Shown: positions 24,467 to 36,776 of the stretch, in pieces
Numbering within the stretch: the first letter of the stretch is position 1
Layout: each line of letters begins with the position of its first letter
Assembly (NCBI RefSeq): GCF_027921745.1
Contig: NC_079238.1
Span: forward strand, 62,001 to 126,000
Direction: 5' to 3'
Length of the DNA: 64,000 nucleotides
DNA from: Schizosaccharomyces osmophilus
Taxonomy: Eukaryota
Notes under the pieces: generated by a model
Seen by the model: the letters and a program-made list of their open reading frames with translations, nothing else
Told to the model about the DNA's origin: nothing
Database searches by the model: none
Position numbers and translations under genes: made by a program

Positions 24467-25097
24467 CTTTTATGTAACTATTATAGGTTCATTTCGCGTA
24501 TGTTACTTTTAGGAGGTATCAAGGACTCACATTGAAAATAGGATAGTACTAGCGCGTATATTCTTACCCGCTACGTAAACAAATAAACAATAACGAAAAC
24601 AAAAACAAAAAATATATACTGAGATTATTCTCTTTGGTATTAACGAATCGAAATCTTCATTAACCGAAGCAACTTCAATATGATAGCGTATTTGACATGA
24701 TTAAGTTTGCTCTGCAGATGAAAAAAGTAGAAATACTTGTAACTTTTGGTTTTTTAAGAAAGTTTAGTGAAGTGTAGGCACGTCAAATCTATCTTACAAT
24801 TATACTAGGAAATTTTTCTTTCCAATAATCAAAATTAAGAAAACAGCACAAGTTGTGAGCTCAAAAGAAATTCGAAATGTTCACTAACTTTTACGACAAT
24901 AGTACCTCATTATTCTTTGATATATCTCAGCCATGTAAGCTAAAAAATAAAATGGAATCAAAAAATTTGGATTTGAGGTGATATATATGAAAGTTTTGTA
25001 ATTATAAGTATTAAAATTAAAATTAAATTGGCAAAATTATAAAGCAAAAACGTAGCCTCATAAAAGGCATAAAAAAGTCATAAATGCTGACTTGCTC

Positions 25098-25278
25098 CTA
25101 AGCGATGACACTAAAGAAAGGAAAGTTAGTACAGAATGGTATTGAAGAAGAAATTGCCATACCACATTCCAGGAGGTTTGGGTTGGTACCACTGAGCGGC
25201 GCTAACGGTAACAGCAGGCTTGGAAGGTGCGTTGTTGGCAAGAGTAGAGTTGTTGGAAGTGTTGTTCATAGCGTCCAT
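25098..25278 (-). CDS. mfm: M-factor mating pheromone precursor, copy 1; complement(join(25098..25110,25163..25278))
   Basis: Spliced product MDAMNNTSNNSTLANNAPSKPAVTVSAAQWYQPKPPGMCVIA* (42 aa, CAAX box CVIA); 52-nt intron GTATGG...ACTAAC...TTTAG splits the Cys codon. Confidence 0.95.
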
Positions 25279-25676
25279 TGTTGTTGTTTGTTGAAAGGTA
25301 GGAGAGCAAAAAAAAAAGGTGTCAAAAAGTCAAAAAGAGAAAAGAGTAGTGATCAAAGAGATGAAAACCAAGCTTTGGATGATGATTTCTTGTTCCATTT
25401 CAGCCTGTATTTATACCTGAAATCAAGACTTCCGAACGAACCGACCATGTCCTCCCTTTGTTCAAGGTCCCATTCTTCGCTACGAAATTTTCCATTGTCC
25501 CAAAATTGGCTATCGCTTTGGTCCAAGATGAAGAGTCACGAACAATGTGGAGATGACAAGAAGAATCAAAACTTCATCAAAGATACATTGCATTTTTAGA
25601 TCCGTCGCGGAGGGGTTTGTGTACGACTTGTAATCGCTATTCGACTCGGACAATAGATGTTCAAACAAAACGAATA
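25099..25676. repeat. ~580-bp direct repeat, copy A (mfm gene plus promoter); copy B at 61863-62443
   Basis: CDS and intron identical between copies; upstream part differs by a few substitutions and A10 vs A12. Confidence 0.97.
25408..25547 (-). promoter_or_regulatory. mfm promoter: TATA, TR-box-like and M-box elements
   Basis: TATAAATA (minus strand) 25408-25415; CTTTGTT 25456-25462; CATTGT 25493-25498; AACAATG 25541-25547; these are HMG-box (Ste11/Mat1-Mc) type sites. Confidence 0.6.
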
Positions 25677-26585
25677 AAAGAGCGGGACTTACGGTAATAA
25701 ACAGGAGATAGAAAGAAAAATAAAAACAAGCGGTCTCACTCTTATAAGAGTTTCCGATTGTGTGGTAATCGTTTCAATGCTGTTGAGAAACAAAGGAAAG
25801 GACCGGTTTTTTTTTCGCTCGAACATCTGGTGTATCTTAACATTGTGCCGATTTGTTCGCTTTTTGAAACAAAGAGGTAAAAAGCCGACAAATGATGACA
25901 AAAGCAAGGCATTCCTTATGGGGTAGTTTCATCCACTTTTGTCTGAACTAAAGTAGTCATTTTCAGTTAACAGATGTATATAAAGCAAAAAAACGGTTTT
26001 CAGTGGAACTAAAATCAAAGCAAGAAAGCGTCTTTCAACCGAAACCCATCAACGTGAAGAGCTGATCTCCTATGTTCCCATCAATCGATTTTCCAGCAAC
26101 AGTTTCAAGTGTTGATGAATAATTCTAGGTTACAAATCTTCATTAATCAAATTTAAAGTTGATTCTAGTCTACTATTCGAATTTGCATTTGACACCTTAA
26201 CCGTACTAAGACTGGAATATTTCACGACTACTACACAGACACACTTTTTCACTTGAACGAACGGATGGAACCATTTTCTAAATTACTCCGGTGGATGAAT
26301 AATAGGCAACGACCTTTTAATTACTGAAATTTTTTGTCGAATAGAGTACTTCTTACCGCTTGGAGGACCGAGAAAAGTCTCGTATAAAACTGCTACTGAC
26401 AAACATAAGTAAGTATTAGTCTGTTTACATCTGCTATTTATTAGATGAAGTGCTCTACAGGTCTTATAACTCACGATTGCAAGCGTTCAAAATCTGTTAC
26501 GTAAGGTCTGCATAACTAGCGAAAAAAATCTTTTGCTATATAAACCACTAAAGAACATTTTTTTAGCTTAAACTTTTATATCAAA

Positions 26586-27745
26586 ATGATGTCTTTTCCA
26601 TTCTTTTTGCGGTTGATTACCCTTCCGTTTGTATGGATTTGGACAGCTATTTTGTATGTAACCGTGGGGACAAGATTTCGAGAACAAGAAGCATTTCAAA
26701 AAAGCTTTTCTCTGAATTTGTTTGCTATGAGCTATACGCATCTAAGTAGTGGGGCGACGTTGAAAGATTTTAAATACATCGATGGGGGAAAGAGTTTGTT
26801 TGGTATACTAGAAAAAAAGGAGAACAAATTCAATCCTTCTAAAAGTCTTCCTAGCTATGGAGAAGTATTCACTCGAAAAGATACTGAAAAAAATATCCCC
26901 GATTCCGCATGGCTTGCTAAACATCCTCAAGAAATGGGTAAAGAGGACTCCGTTATTGTCTATCTTCATGGCGGAATGTTGTGCCATTCTATTTCACCGG
27001 TTCAGGTTTTTGCGTTTAGTAATATGTATACTTTGCTTCAAAAAAAACATCAAAGCCTCCTTCTATATTGCTTATTGATTATTCTTTGGTACCTGAAGGA
27101 ACGACCTATCCAACACCAACTTTAGAATGCTTTAATGTTTATGACAAGTTGGTTTCCCTTGGATACAAGAAAATACTTCTAGTCGGTGATTCTGCTGGTG
27201 GTTATCTCTCGTTGTCATTACTTCACCAATTAAGCGAAAGGTCCAAAACAAGCAAAGTAGTCTGGCCTCATGGTGTAGCGTTAGTTTCGCCTTGGTTGGA
27301 TTTGACCAGTGCCAAAAAAATAAAGTCCTATATAAGTAACGCTGATAAAGATGTGATTACCTTTGAAAATTTGCAAAGATTTGGAAAAGCATATACGCGA
27401 CGAAATGAGAAATTATACTCCCTGCCTCTGACGAATATAAACTTGAATTCTGATGATTTTTGGTCAGAACTTCCACCTTTTAAAAAAGGCAACTTTTTGA
27501 TAGTGGTTGGTAAGGACGAGATTTTAAGAGACAGTATTTTGGAATGGTGCCTCGAAAACTCATCGCTAGGTAAAAAGTTTCCTGAAAGGATAATGATCGA
27601 AAACAAGGGCATTCATGACGGTTTGTTCGTTACAGAAACTTCTATGCTCTTGAGGAAATATATAACTTTTGAGGAATGGTCTCAAAAGTTTGGAGTGAAT
27701 GCACTGTATAATTTTATAAAAGAAATGGACGATAACCTAAGTTAA
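26586..27745 (+). pseudogene. say1: Steryl acetyl hydrolase-like alpha/beta hydrolase (Say1/Mug180), frameshifted in an A8 run; may be an assembly error
   Basis: YLHGG in ORF1; DYSLVP..TYP, GDSAGG, SPWLDLT in ORF2. Adding one A to the run at 27040-27047 gives a continuous 386-aa ORF (QKKTSKPPSILLIDYSL). Confidence 0.8.
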
Positions 27746-30006
27746 ACATGATTTTATGATTTTTATCTTTAAAAAAATTTGTGTTTTCGGACTAGCGTCG
27801 TCAAATTTCCACATTAGTAACTGGAAATTGACTCTTGATATGCTGGTCTCCATATTTCGCTTCTAGTTTTTCTTCTGTACCTACTCTTACGATTTGGATG
27901 ATGTTAGATTTCGGTCACCTCAGGTAATGTGTAATGTGGGCAATTTACCAAGTTTCGGATTGATTTGAGATGGGCAAATAAACAATTTTTGATATAAATT
28001 TCAGCAATTGATTCGGCCTACAAACTTCACTTGTGAGTAAAATGACCTTAAACAATACCAAGAAAGTGCTGTTGGGTACCACTAGTTAGTATGGCCCTTT
28101 TTATTTTAAATGGCATGAAAACAGGAGCCTTTTTTTTCTGAAACGCTTGTTCCATACAAAGTATTCAAAAAAGCTGTGTACGAGGTACAAATAGTATCGG
28201 AGACAGGGCAGTGCATGTTTGATGATCTTTCCATGACGAATATGGCATTAGGAAAGTTGGAGAAGCAAGTTCTCGATGATAAGGATGATGACTTTTGGAC
28301 TTGCTTGAAAAATGCTAAAGCTGCTAAAGAGGTCAACCCTAACGAGTTAACTATTAATTAAAGTTGCATTTGCATAATAACGGAAAGTATTACTATGTTC
28401 TATTAAAATACGTCACTACGACCTCTGCATTAATTCATGGTCATTTCAATCTACCCTGGAACATAAATCTACTCAATGCAATCATTTTAGACTTAGAAAC
28501 ATAGTTGGAATATCTACTAAGAAAATGATTAGTATAACATAATAAAAAACTACCCGTCATAATTCGTCACGAACGAAACAAGCAACAAAACATATCTCTT
28601 GATTGACACCGGTTTACGGCTGCTACTCATCAAAAATGTTTTATTTGCCTGAGTTTTGCTGGCAAAATATGTAAACATTTGGAAGCCGTAAACTTATAGT
28701 TCTATTTTATTTTGATCCTTTTTAATGGTTGCTTATTGTATTTTTATAATTCGTAAACTTAGCATTCTCAGACAAATATAATAATTAACCCGCAACTTTG
28801 CAATCTTGAACCTTTGTAAATCTTACTATTTTGTAACTTTTTTTTTTCTGTAAATCTTTCTTTAAATTTGTAAATGAAGCTTTCTACGGGTAAATATATT
28901 TAGCTACGCTTTCATCCTCATCCTCATCTTTATCCTTATTTTTATTCTTGAGTAGAAATTAATATACAAATTTAAAAAGGAATTATACAAAATTGGATAC
29001 TTGAAGTACTATTAGAATGAATAGTAATAGGTTCCAGGAATCTGGTCCGCTAGGTAAGTTGTAAGGACAATTTATTTAGCTAGATCAGTCAAATCTTCTA
29101 ATCTAATGATTTGAACGTTCAACTAGAGGTATACAAATTTCTAAAATAGATAGCATTGTTCCTTCTGATAAATTTCTTTTTTGTTTCTTCGTTATAAACT
29201 TCCGTTGTTTACAAATTGTAATAAAGGGATTCTTTTGTATTTTTTCTACCGCAATCTGGAATTGTATGAAGACTTTAGTACTATCGTGTATGGATTATGA
29301 CACTACAAGTCAATATCATTAATTTGCAGTCAATGATCGCAAAGGTCAATTGCTACTTAAAGGAATACCAAAATAATCACAATCTTATATTCAAAGTTTC
29401 AACAACAAATATTGAAGAAAAAATCATTCGAATAGCTCTTTTTCGTTTTCTAAAACGGCTCCTGGATAACTGTCTGTTATATCAAAAATAGAGAACAAAG
29501 CTTACACAACGCGAATCGTAAGATTCCTGTAATCAACTATAGTTCTACTGTTCGTTTACAAAAACATATACCGAACAAGGCGAAATTGCACGGCTCCTTT
29601 ACTCACTATCAGTGATCCTTTCATCGTGCCTTACAATAAGAGGTGGCAAACATATGAAACAATTCGAGACGTAAAAGTCGCAGCTGAGAGAAAAAAATTT
29701 ATAAATTTCTGATGAATAGGGTGAAAGTATTATGTTTTCTGTGAGTGAGGCGCCCTGTTTACATATACGACTTTGACGGTTTGAATTTAGAACCTAAACA
29801 AAAAAAGTAGTCGTAGGCGAATGGACATGATGTTCGCTGATCAGAGACCACGGATGTCAATAGAATAAGAGTTTTTGCCCTACAAATCAGGCGAATGCTT
29901 ACATATCATCATAACTTAGTCTGAATGTTTTATAACGTCATTTGTATTTACGAAATAAATAAACAGGACGTACATAGCAGAGTCTCAAAGATTCTGCACC
30001 TAAAAT

Positions 30007-31047
30007 ATGCCGTTGCAATATGTTATTAGAGACAAAAAGAGCGGATTTGAACAATTAAAAGCTGAAGAAGTCGAACAAATTGAAGCTCTTAAGCCTAACG
30101 AAGTTCGAGTAAAACTAAAGGCTGCTTCGCTCAACTATAGGGATCTGACTATAGCCAAGGGTGAATATCCCCAAGCTTATAACATACCAGTGGTTCCTGG
30201 GTCTGATGGAGTAGGCATTATTGAAAAGGTTGGCGATGACGTTGAAGGATTTAAGCCTGGGGATACCGTAATCGGCAATTTTTTTACTGATTATATTGAC
30301 GGAGGACCGACTAAACATGGTTTGTATGGAGCATTAGGTGGCACTCATGATGGTACGTTCCGTCAAGTTGGTGTCTTCCCTGCTCGTATATTGGTTCATG
30401 CCCCTAAGAATTTAAGCTATGAAGAGGCATCCACTTTACCTTGTGCCGCCGTGACCGCATGGAACGCTTTGTTTGGATCCAAGGAGCATCAGTTGAAGCC
30501 TGGTCAAAATGTCTTGATCCAAGGCACTGGTGGTGTTTCCATTTTTGCACTCCAGTTCGCTGTCGCAGCTGGTGCTCGTGCCACCGTCATTTCTTCTTCA
30601 GATGAAAAGCTACAAATTGCCAAGAAGTTGGGCGCTAGATATTTGGTCAATTATAAAAAGAACCCTGATTGGGCCAAGCCCACTTTGGAAGCCACCAACG
30701 GTGTTGGTTATCATCACGTCGTTGAAGTTGGCGGTGAAAAGACCATGGGTCAATCTTTAGAGGCTGCAATTGTTGGTGGAGTCATCAGCTCTATAGGATT
30801 CGTAGCTAAACAAGGTGGTAGTTCTGATCTTACCTCTGTAATTGTGCAATTACTCAACAAAAATATCCATATTCGCGGTATTTATGTCGGTCCTGTAAAT
30901 ATGTTCGCAGATATGATTGCTTGCATTGAGGAGAATGACATTCATCCAGTCGTTGATAAGGTATTCCCCTTTGACCAACTTAAGGAAGCCTACAACTACC
31001 AACAGAGTCAGCAACACGTTGGTAAAGTTGTCCTAAATATCTACTAA
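30007..31047 (+). CDS. adh8: Zinc-type alcohol dehydrogenase-like MDR oxidoreductase (Adh8-like)
   Basis: AASLNYRD, VPGSDGVG, LPCAAVTAWNAL, QGTGGVS, SSSDEKL, HVGKVV. Confidence 0.85.
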   Translation: MPLQYVIRDKKSGFEQLKAEEVEQIEALKPNEVRVKLKAASLNYRDLTIAKGEYPQAYNIPVVPGSDGVGIIEKVGDDVEGFKPGDTVIGNFFTDYIDGGPTKHGLYGALGGTHDGTFRQVGVFPARILVHAPKNLSYEEASTLPCAAVTAWNALFGSKEHQLKPGQNVLIQGTGGVSIFALQFAVAAGARATVISSSDEKLQIAKKLGARYLVNYKKNPDWAKPTLEATNGVGYHHVVEVGGEKTMGQSLEAAIVGGVISSIGFVAKQGGSSDLTSVIVQLLNKNIHIRGIYVGPVNMFADMIACIEENDIHPVVDKVFPFDQLKEAYNYQQSQQHVGKVVLNIY

Positions 31048-32293
31048 TTAATATAAATATATTAAAAATAACCAAGAGTAAGAAACAACTCCGTTGAAGG
31101 AAACTTTCATCAGCGGCTGTGTCAACCTGGGAAAGCTTCAAATCCTACAACATGGATATTTGATTTAGTTTTCGATCCCTTAGAGTGTATAAATCTGTTT
31201 TCAATCCATATTAGCTATTATGTAGGTGATTTCTGTAAAAAGTGTTTATTCCTTGCAGCCTTATTCTCATTTTTAGAGTGGACTACTATCTTCCTTTAGA
31301 CATTCGATCCCCTAAGTAAACAAAAGCACGATACTTCGAATTTATTTTCAATATACAACTTGCTCTTTAGACTCTTGAACTGGCAGTGTGGTAATAAAAT
31401 TGTTTGCAATAAATTACTTTGCATAATCGTCCAAACTTGTAGGGCCCATAGCTTCTAATTATTGCATCTCTATTTCTTAATCGCTGGCAGAATCTACCTA
31501 AACCTTTTGTGAAGGTTTTGCTGTCTCTTCAGCAAGTTTTGGTTGTCTATTCTCGCTTTTCATTCATAAACAGACCTAAACTTTTACACTTTAATCTCTT
31601 TCTTTTCCTATGAATTTGGGCTTTCTTGCTCAAATGCAGCTTTCTTCTGTGCGTGCGAAAGAAAAAACCTTTATGAATTGGAAAATGATTCATTTTGTTT
31701 GTTTGCGAGCCATTAAAAAAAAAACCGTAAAATGCATTATCTCCTTTAACGTTATCATATACATCCTTACTCTACTTTAGTCGTCTGCGTTTCCATTCGT
31801 TAATAAGTAAACAAGTCATGAGATGTGTCATTTTAGTTTATTGCTGAAGTTTCAAGGCTTGATGAGTCTTAATTAATCACAGCTGTGATCGAAAGCAACA
31901 CTAGTAATGTAAGGGATGGCAGAAGAACTTCCCATTTTTATCATGTCTTAATCTTTTAATGCTTTTACCTTAGCTGAACTATTGTTACGCCGCCATAGTG
32001 AAAACGTTCGAACTTCATTTCGGTGCATGTGAAACGAAAAATTAGTAGTTGGCCTTTAAAAATAAGAAAGTAGTAAGAGCGGGGAGGAAACCAAATGAAC
32101 GATGCGACATTTCTAATAATGCAAGTAAATTATTCTTGCTTTAGTACCTACCTATGAGTAGTACTCTTTTAGTAGACATTGTATTAGCTTGGCAATAGGA
32201 AGCTCACCAGAATGAAAGGAGCAAGAGGACCCTTTGAAGGAAGCAAAGCAAGTAAAAGTAATAAAATGGTGATTAATCATATTTAAAAAGGAT

Positions 32294-32377
32294 AGGCCCA
32301 CAGCATCTCGGATTCCCATGTTGCCTGCTACCATAAACTAATCTGAGAGTAGGCAAGCTTCATTGCGGTAATCGAAC
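32294..32377 (-). pseudogene. Degenerate, 5'-truncated 5S rDNA
   Basis: Plus strand CAGCATCTCGGATTCCCATGTTGCCTGCTACCATA and GCTTCATTGCGGTAATCGAAC align with the reverse complement of recalled fission-yeast 5S (CAGCACCCCGGATTCCCATGTTGTCTCCAACCATA; GCTTAACTGCAGTGATCGGAC); T5 lies just 3' on the minus strand. Confidence 0.75.
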
Positions 32378-32984
32378 TTATTATAGATTGCAAGCGGAAA
32401 TTCTTACTTGCTTTGTTAACGTTTATTAGCCATAGCAAAGGTCCTCGCCCATCAATAAATGGGAGTGACTCTGTTTCTTTGAAAACAGCTCTGTTTATAA
32501 AGTTTTCAGATCTCTTTGCCGAGGTTTTTGTTTACCTTGAATTCATTTCCGTCAATCTATTTTAATAACATGCACATTACCTCGAAAAACAAATTTAAAA
32601 AACCCAACTTTCTCCTTTAACCTCTACAGGGAAGCTATTTTGTCAGAAGAAAGTAAGCAACTCATCCCTCTATAACCTTATGTTGTTCCGTACAAATATT
32701 CTCCTACCAAGTACTCCGTATTACAAATTGTAAACAAAGCAAAGTAACAAAACATGAAGCAATTCGAAACGAAAATTGTGCAACTTGAAGAAGAAATTTG
32801 TGATGTTCTTTTTTCTAATCAGTAGATAAGCGCATCTTTTTAGTGCTATATATTCCACCAGGCGACTCACTCAGCAGTAGAACACGCAGAGATCCTTGTA
32901 AACAAAAGGTACCGCTTAACTTGATCCTTCTTTTTGTTTCTTTCCTTTTTTTTGAACTTTCAATTTTCCTTTTTAGCAGACAAC

Positions 32985-34670
32985 ATGACAAAATCTCCAA
33001 ACTTTCTCATTATTGTTGCAGATGACTTGGGTTGGTCAGATGTTGGAGCGTTTGGATCAGAAATCAACACACCCAATTTAGACGCCTTGGCCAAGGAGGG
33101 CCTTCGCTTTACTGACTTTCATACAGCATCAGCTTGTTCACCGACAAGGTCTATGCTCTTGTCTGGAACCGACAACCATCTTGCCGGTCTGGGTCAAATG
33201 GCAGAGTTTGCATCACGGATCCATCAATGGGATGGCTATCCTGGATACGAAGGCTATTTGAACTGGCGGGTAGCAGCTTTGCCTGAGATTTTGAAGGAAA
33301 AATATGATACCATAATTTCCGGAAAATGGCACTTGGGATTAACCAAAGAAACTTCTCCTTCAGCTCGTGGATTTGAAAAAGTATTTTCCTTACTCCCTGG
33401 TGCTGGCCATCATTTTAAAGATTACAAACCTTCAGATGAAAATTACAAAGAGAGTTCAGATGAACTAAAGAAATTACTTCCCCCTCTCTATATGTCTGGA
33501 AGCGAATTCGTCGACGCAGATAAAGAGCTCCCTGAAGATTTCTATTCTTCAGATTATTTCGCTTCCAAGCTCATAAATTATCTTGATGAACATTATAGAA
33601 AAGACAAAGATAAACCTTTCTTTGCGTACCTTCCATTTACCGCTCCTCACTGGCCTCTACAAGCACCTCGTCATCTCATCGAAAAGTACAAAGGGAAATA
33701 TAATAAAGGCCCAGATGCTTTGCGGTTATCCAGGCTAGCAAAGCAGGAGACGCTTGGAGTCTATAACAGCACAACAGACGGTCCTCCAGCAGAAGTATCT
33801 ACCGATGAAGAAAAACAGTGGTCAGATATGAGTGAAGAAGAACAAAAAACTAGTTCAAGGACGATGGAAGTTTACGCAGCAATGGTCGAACAACTCGATC
33901 GGAATGTTGGAAACGTGATTCAATATTTAAAGGAAAAAGGAGAATACGACAACACATTTGTTTTGTTTATGTCGGACAATGGTGCTGAAGGTGCTATTCT
34001 TGAGAATAAACTTTTAAATGGAGAGAAAGTTTCTGACCTCATTCGTCAAAGATATAATAACACATTTGATAATCTAGGAAATAGAAACTCATTCGTATGG
34101 TACGGCCCAAGATGGGCGTTGGCTGCCACGGCTCCTTCAAAAGATAGCAAATTTTACATTTCAGAAGGTGGAATCCGTTGTCCACTTATTGTTCGATTCC
34201 CTCCAATCATTAAGAACCCAGGAGGCATCTCGCATGACTTTACTACAGTTATGGATATCACTCCAACTGTCCTTGAGCTAGCGGGCATTCGACACCCATA
34301 TCCTCGATACAATGAAAGGGATGTTTTACCATTGAGAGGGAAATCTTGGGTAAATCATCTTGCTAACGGGGAACCTGTCTATGATGAAGAAGTAGACTTT
34401 ACTGGATGGGAATTATTTGGCCAGCGCGCAGTAAGACGTGGACCTTGGAAGGCCATTTACGTTCCCAAATCAAACGCCTTTTCTGTTGTAACTCAAAAGT
34501 ATAAGAGCGGGCGAGGTGGTGATTCGAAATGGAGGCTTTACAACGTAAAAGAAGATTGTGCTGAATCCAAGGACCTTTCTGAGGAGAGGCCAGATATACT
34601 CCGTGATCTGGTCAATTATTGGACTTTGTATGTCAGCGAGACAGGCTTAGTTCCTGTCGTTGAAGATTAA
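32985..34670 (+). CDS. Arylsulfatase (AtsA-like, Cys-type)
   Basis: PNFLIIVADDLGWSD, CSPTRSMLLSG (CxPxR), GKWHLG, TAPHWPLQAP, SDNG, EGGIRCP; ATG at 32985. Confidence 0.95.
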   Translation: MTKSPNFLIIVADDLGWSDVGAFGSEINTPNLDALAKEGLRFTDFHTASACSPTRSMLLSGTDNHLAGLGQMAEFASRIHQWDGYPGYEGYLNWRVAALPEILKEKYDTIISGKWHLGLTKETSPSARGFEKVFSLLPGAGHHFKDYKPSDENYKESSDELKKLLPPLYMSGSEFVDADKELPEDFYSSDYFASKLINYLDEHYRKDKDKPFFAYLPFTAPHWPLQAPRHLIEKYKGKYNKGPDALRLSRLAKQETLGVYNSTTDGPPAEVSTDEEKQWSDMSEEEQKTSSRTMEVYAAMVEQLDRNVGNVIQYLKEKGEYDNTFVLFMSDNGAEGAILENKLLNGEKVSDLIRQRYNNTFDNLGNRNSFVWYGPRWALAATAPSKDSKFYISEGGIRCPLIVRFPPIIKNPGGISHDFTTVMDITPTVLELAGIRHPYPRYNERDVLPLRGKSWVNHLANGEPVYDEEVDFTGWELFGQRAVRRGPWKAIYVPKSNAFSVVTQKYKSGRGGDSKWRLYNVKEDCAESKDLSEERPDILRDLVNYWTLYVSETGLVPVVED

Positions 34671-35555
34671 ATTGGAAGTTTGGTAGATAATTTCTAATCC
34701 TATTTTCTCTTTTCTATATTTAGTTTGTTCAAAAATTTTGTTAGTTCCTTAAATAATATATCATTATTTACAAGTTAGAAAAGAAAAAACGTTACTTTCT
34801 TAGGCATCTACTATGCGTAGCTTACTGATATGGAGTTGCCTGAATCAAGGAAAGCAAATGTCGGCAAAATAATTATGTGTGATGTAGAGTATAGCTATTT
34901 AAAAGTAATATCCCGTTATTTTTTATTATTTACCTACTTGAGGTAGAGAAAAGCTGTTATGAGAATCTTTCAATTTTCTAGATATACTAGTAAACATAGC
35001 GTAAAATGTAAATAACCGTTCAATTGCACTAATGATTATACACTCCCAGTGCATGATAGTTACAGTACCAGAATTTTAAAAATTATTGAAATATAAAGTG
35101 TTTATGAACTTGATCATGCGTAGTTCTCAAGCAAGGCAAACTTTGAGATAGCAGAAAGGTGTCTCCTTGCATCATACTTTTAGTGGATGGTTTTACAACT
35201 TTAGTCGTTAAAAACAAATTTATAGTACTTTTTCGCGAACTCGGTTTCTCCCTTTCGTAGATTAACGTATACTCTTTAGTATTGTTACTTCAACGAATGT
35301 TGAATAATATAAAACGACGTATGACGGGGTGGTGGATTGTTATTGCGACCATTCGTCTTACGTTGTGCCCTTCAATGGTAACTTTGCGAATATAGCAAAT
35401 CTAGACGAATATAAGGCCAAGGATTAGCAATTCTTCGCAATTGCCTACAAACTTTAGAAAATGAATAAAGGATATCTCATCCGGTTCAGGTATATAAATA
35501 CTCGCAGATGCACAGCAAGAATCTTTATCCATAGCCATAAGACAGACTGTACCTA

Positions 35556-36776
35556 ATGACAAGCACACTTTCCACCCCAGCTGCGACTGTTTCGCTCTCC
35601 GACGATGTTCAGCATTTGCGTTTAAATAGTGAAGCGTCGGGTAGTAATTCTTCTGAATTTTCACGAGCAATCTTTAATGGATATAATGATACAACAGAGG
35701 AGAAGCAAGAAGAGACTTACACTGAGCTTGATCTAGATGGAAGAGGCCTTAAGCGGTTTGTCCTTCCCAAAGATTACAAATTCGCCGACGTGTTACCCTC
35801 CTATCCTAAATCGCACGACCAAACTTTGAGGGATATAGAATTCAAGGACAAAGGACTGTTGGCTAACCCTAGCTTTACTAATTTACTTCGTGATGTTTCC
35901 AAGGTAGAGCATCTTTCTCGTGACCTTGGCACAGTTCTACATGGAATTCGACTCAATCAACTGGATGAAGAACAAAAGAATGAACTCGCAAGGCTCATTG
36001 CAGAACGAGGTGTTGTATATTTTCCAGACCAGAGGGAGATGACCAATGATCAATTTCAGCAACTTGGTCGTTATTATGGCGTAACGCACGTACATGGCGC
36101 AAATGCTCGTCCTAATGATCCTGCCAAGTCTGACTTTCATGTGGTTTACTCGGATCGATACTCTGCTTTTGACATTGAAGACAACCGTACGAGTTTAGAG
36201 AGATTTCATTCGGACGTGAGTTACGAAAAACAGCCACTTGCCACAACATTCTTTCGGGGATTAACCGTTCCTAAATATGGAGGGGATACTATTTTTGTTT
36301 CTGGATACGCAGCTTATGAAGCTCTTTCCGACCCATTGAAGCGTTATTTGGAAGGACTCACAGCAGTTCATTCAGGTGTACAACAAGCAGATGCAAAGAA
36401 AGAGCTTGGCTTAAACTTGCGAAGAGAAGGTATTGAGACTGCCCATCCTGTTGTGCGCACACACCCAGTGACCGGATGGAAAGCACTATATGTTAACCCT
36501 GGTTTTACAAGATACATTGTCGGAATTCCACGTGCGGAATCAGATGCTGTTCTTGGTTATTTGTTTCAACTTCTCTCAACCCTTTCGGCAAGTACCCTCC
36601 GTGTACGGTGGTCTCCATATGGTGTTGCAGCTTGGGATAACAGAATCATTATTGCTCATTCAGCTACTTACGATCATTATCCTCAGACGCGTCACTTTGT
36701 AAGAATCGGCGTTCATGGCGAAAAACCTTTTTACGATCCAAACTCCAAAGAACGGGCCAAGGACTTACGGAAATGA
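35556..36776 (+). CDS. TauD/Jlp1-family alpha-ketoglutarate-dependent sulfonate dioxygenase
   Basis: ERGVVYFPDQ, FHSDVSYE (HxD), GGDTIF, HPVVRTHPVTGWKALYVN, WDNR...HSA; TATATAAA at 35491. Confidence 0.92.
   Translation: MTSTLSTPAATVSLSDDVQHLRLNSEASGSNSSEFSRAIFNGYNDTTEEKQEETYTELDLDGRGLKRFVLPKDYKFADVLPSYPKSHDQTLRDIEFKDKGLLANPSFTNLLRDVSKVEHLSRDLGTVLHGIRLNQLDEEQKNELARLIAERGVVYFPDQREMTNDQFQQLGRYYGVTHVHGANARPNDPAKSDFHVVYSDRYSAFDIEDNRTSLERFHSDVSYEKQPLATTFFRGLTVPKYGGDTIFVSGYAAYEALSDPLKRYLEGLTAVHSGVQQADAKKELGLNLRREGIETAHPVVRTHPVTGWKALYVNPGFTRYIVGIPRAESDAVLGYLFQLLSTLSASTLRVRWSPYGVAAWDNRIIIAHSATYDHYPQTRHFVRIGVHGEKPFYDPNSKERAKDLRK

Noticed and set aside
25105..25599. 164-aa plus-strand ORF, and its counterparts at 61869-62186, 62141-62365 and 62224-62538
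   Set aside because: Antisense shadows of the mfm gene and promoter; the frame is not kept between the two repeat copies (A10 vs A12)
27900..28361. Coding-looking fragment (...VYEVQIVSETGQCMFDDL...FWTCLKNAK...)
   Set aside because: No convincing ATG start or identifiable family; could be a gene remnant but cannot be supported
31050..32930. Possible wtf/wag gene next to the 5S relic
   Set aside because: No recognisable wtf exons or long hydrophobic ORFs by eye; a homology search is needed
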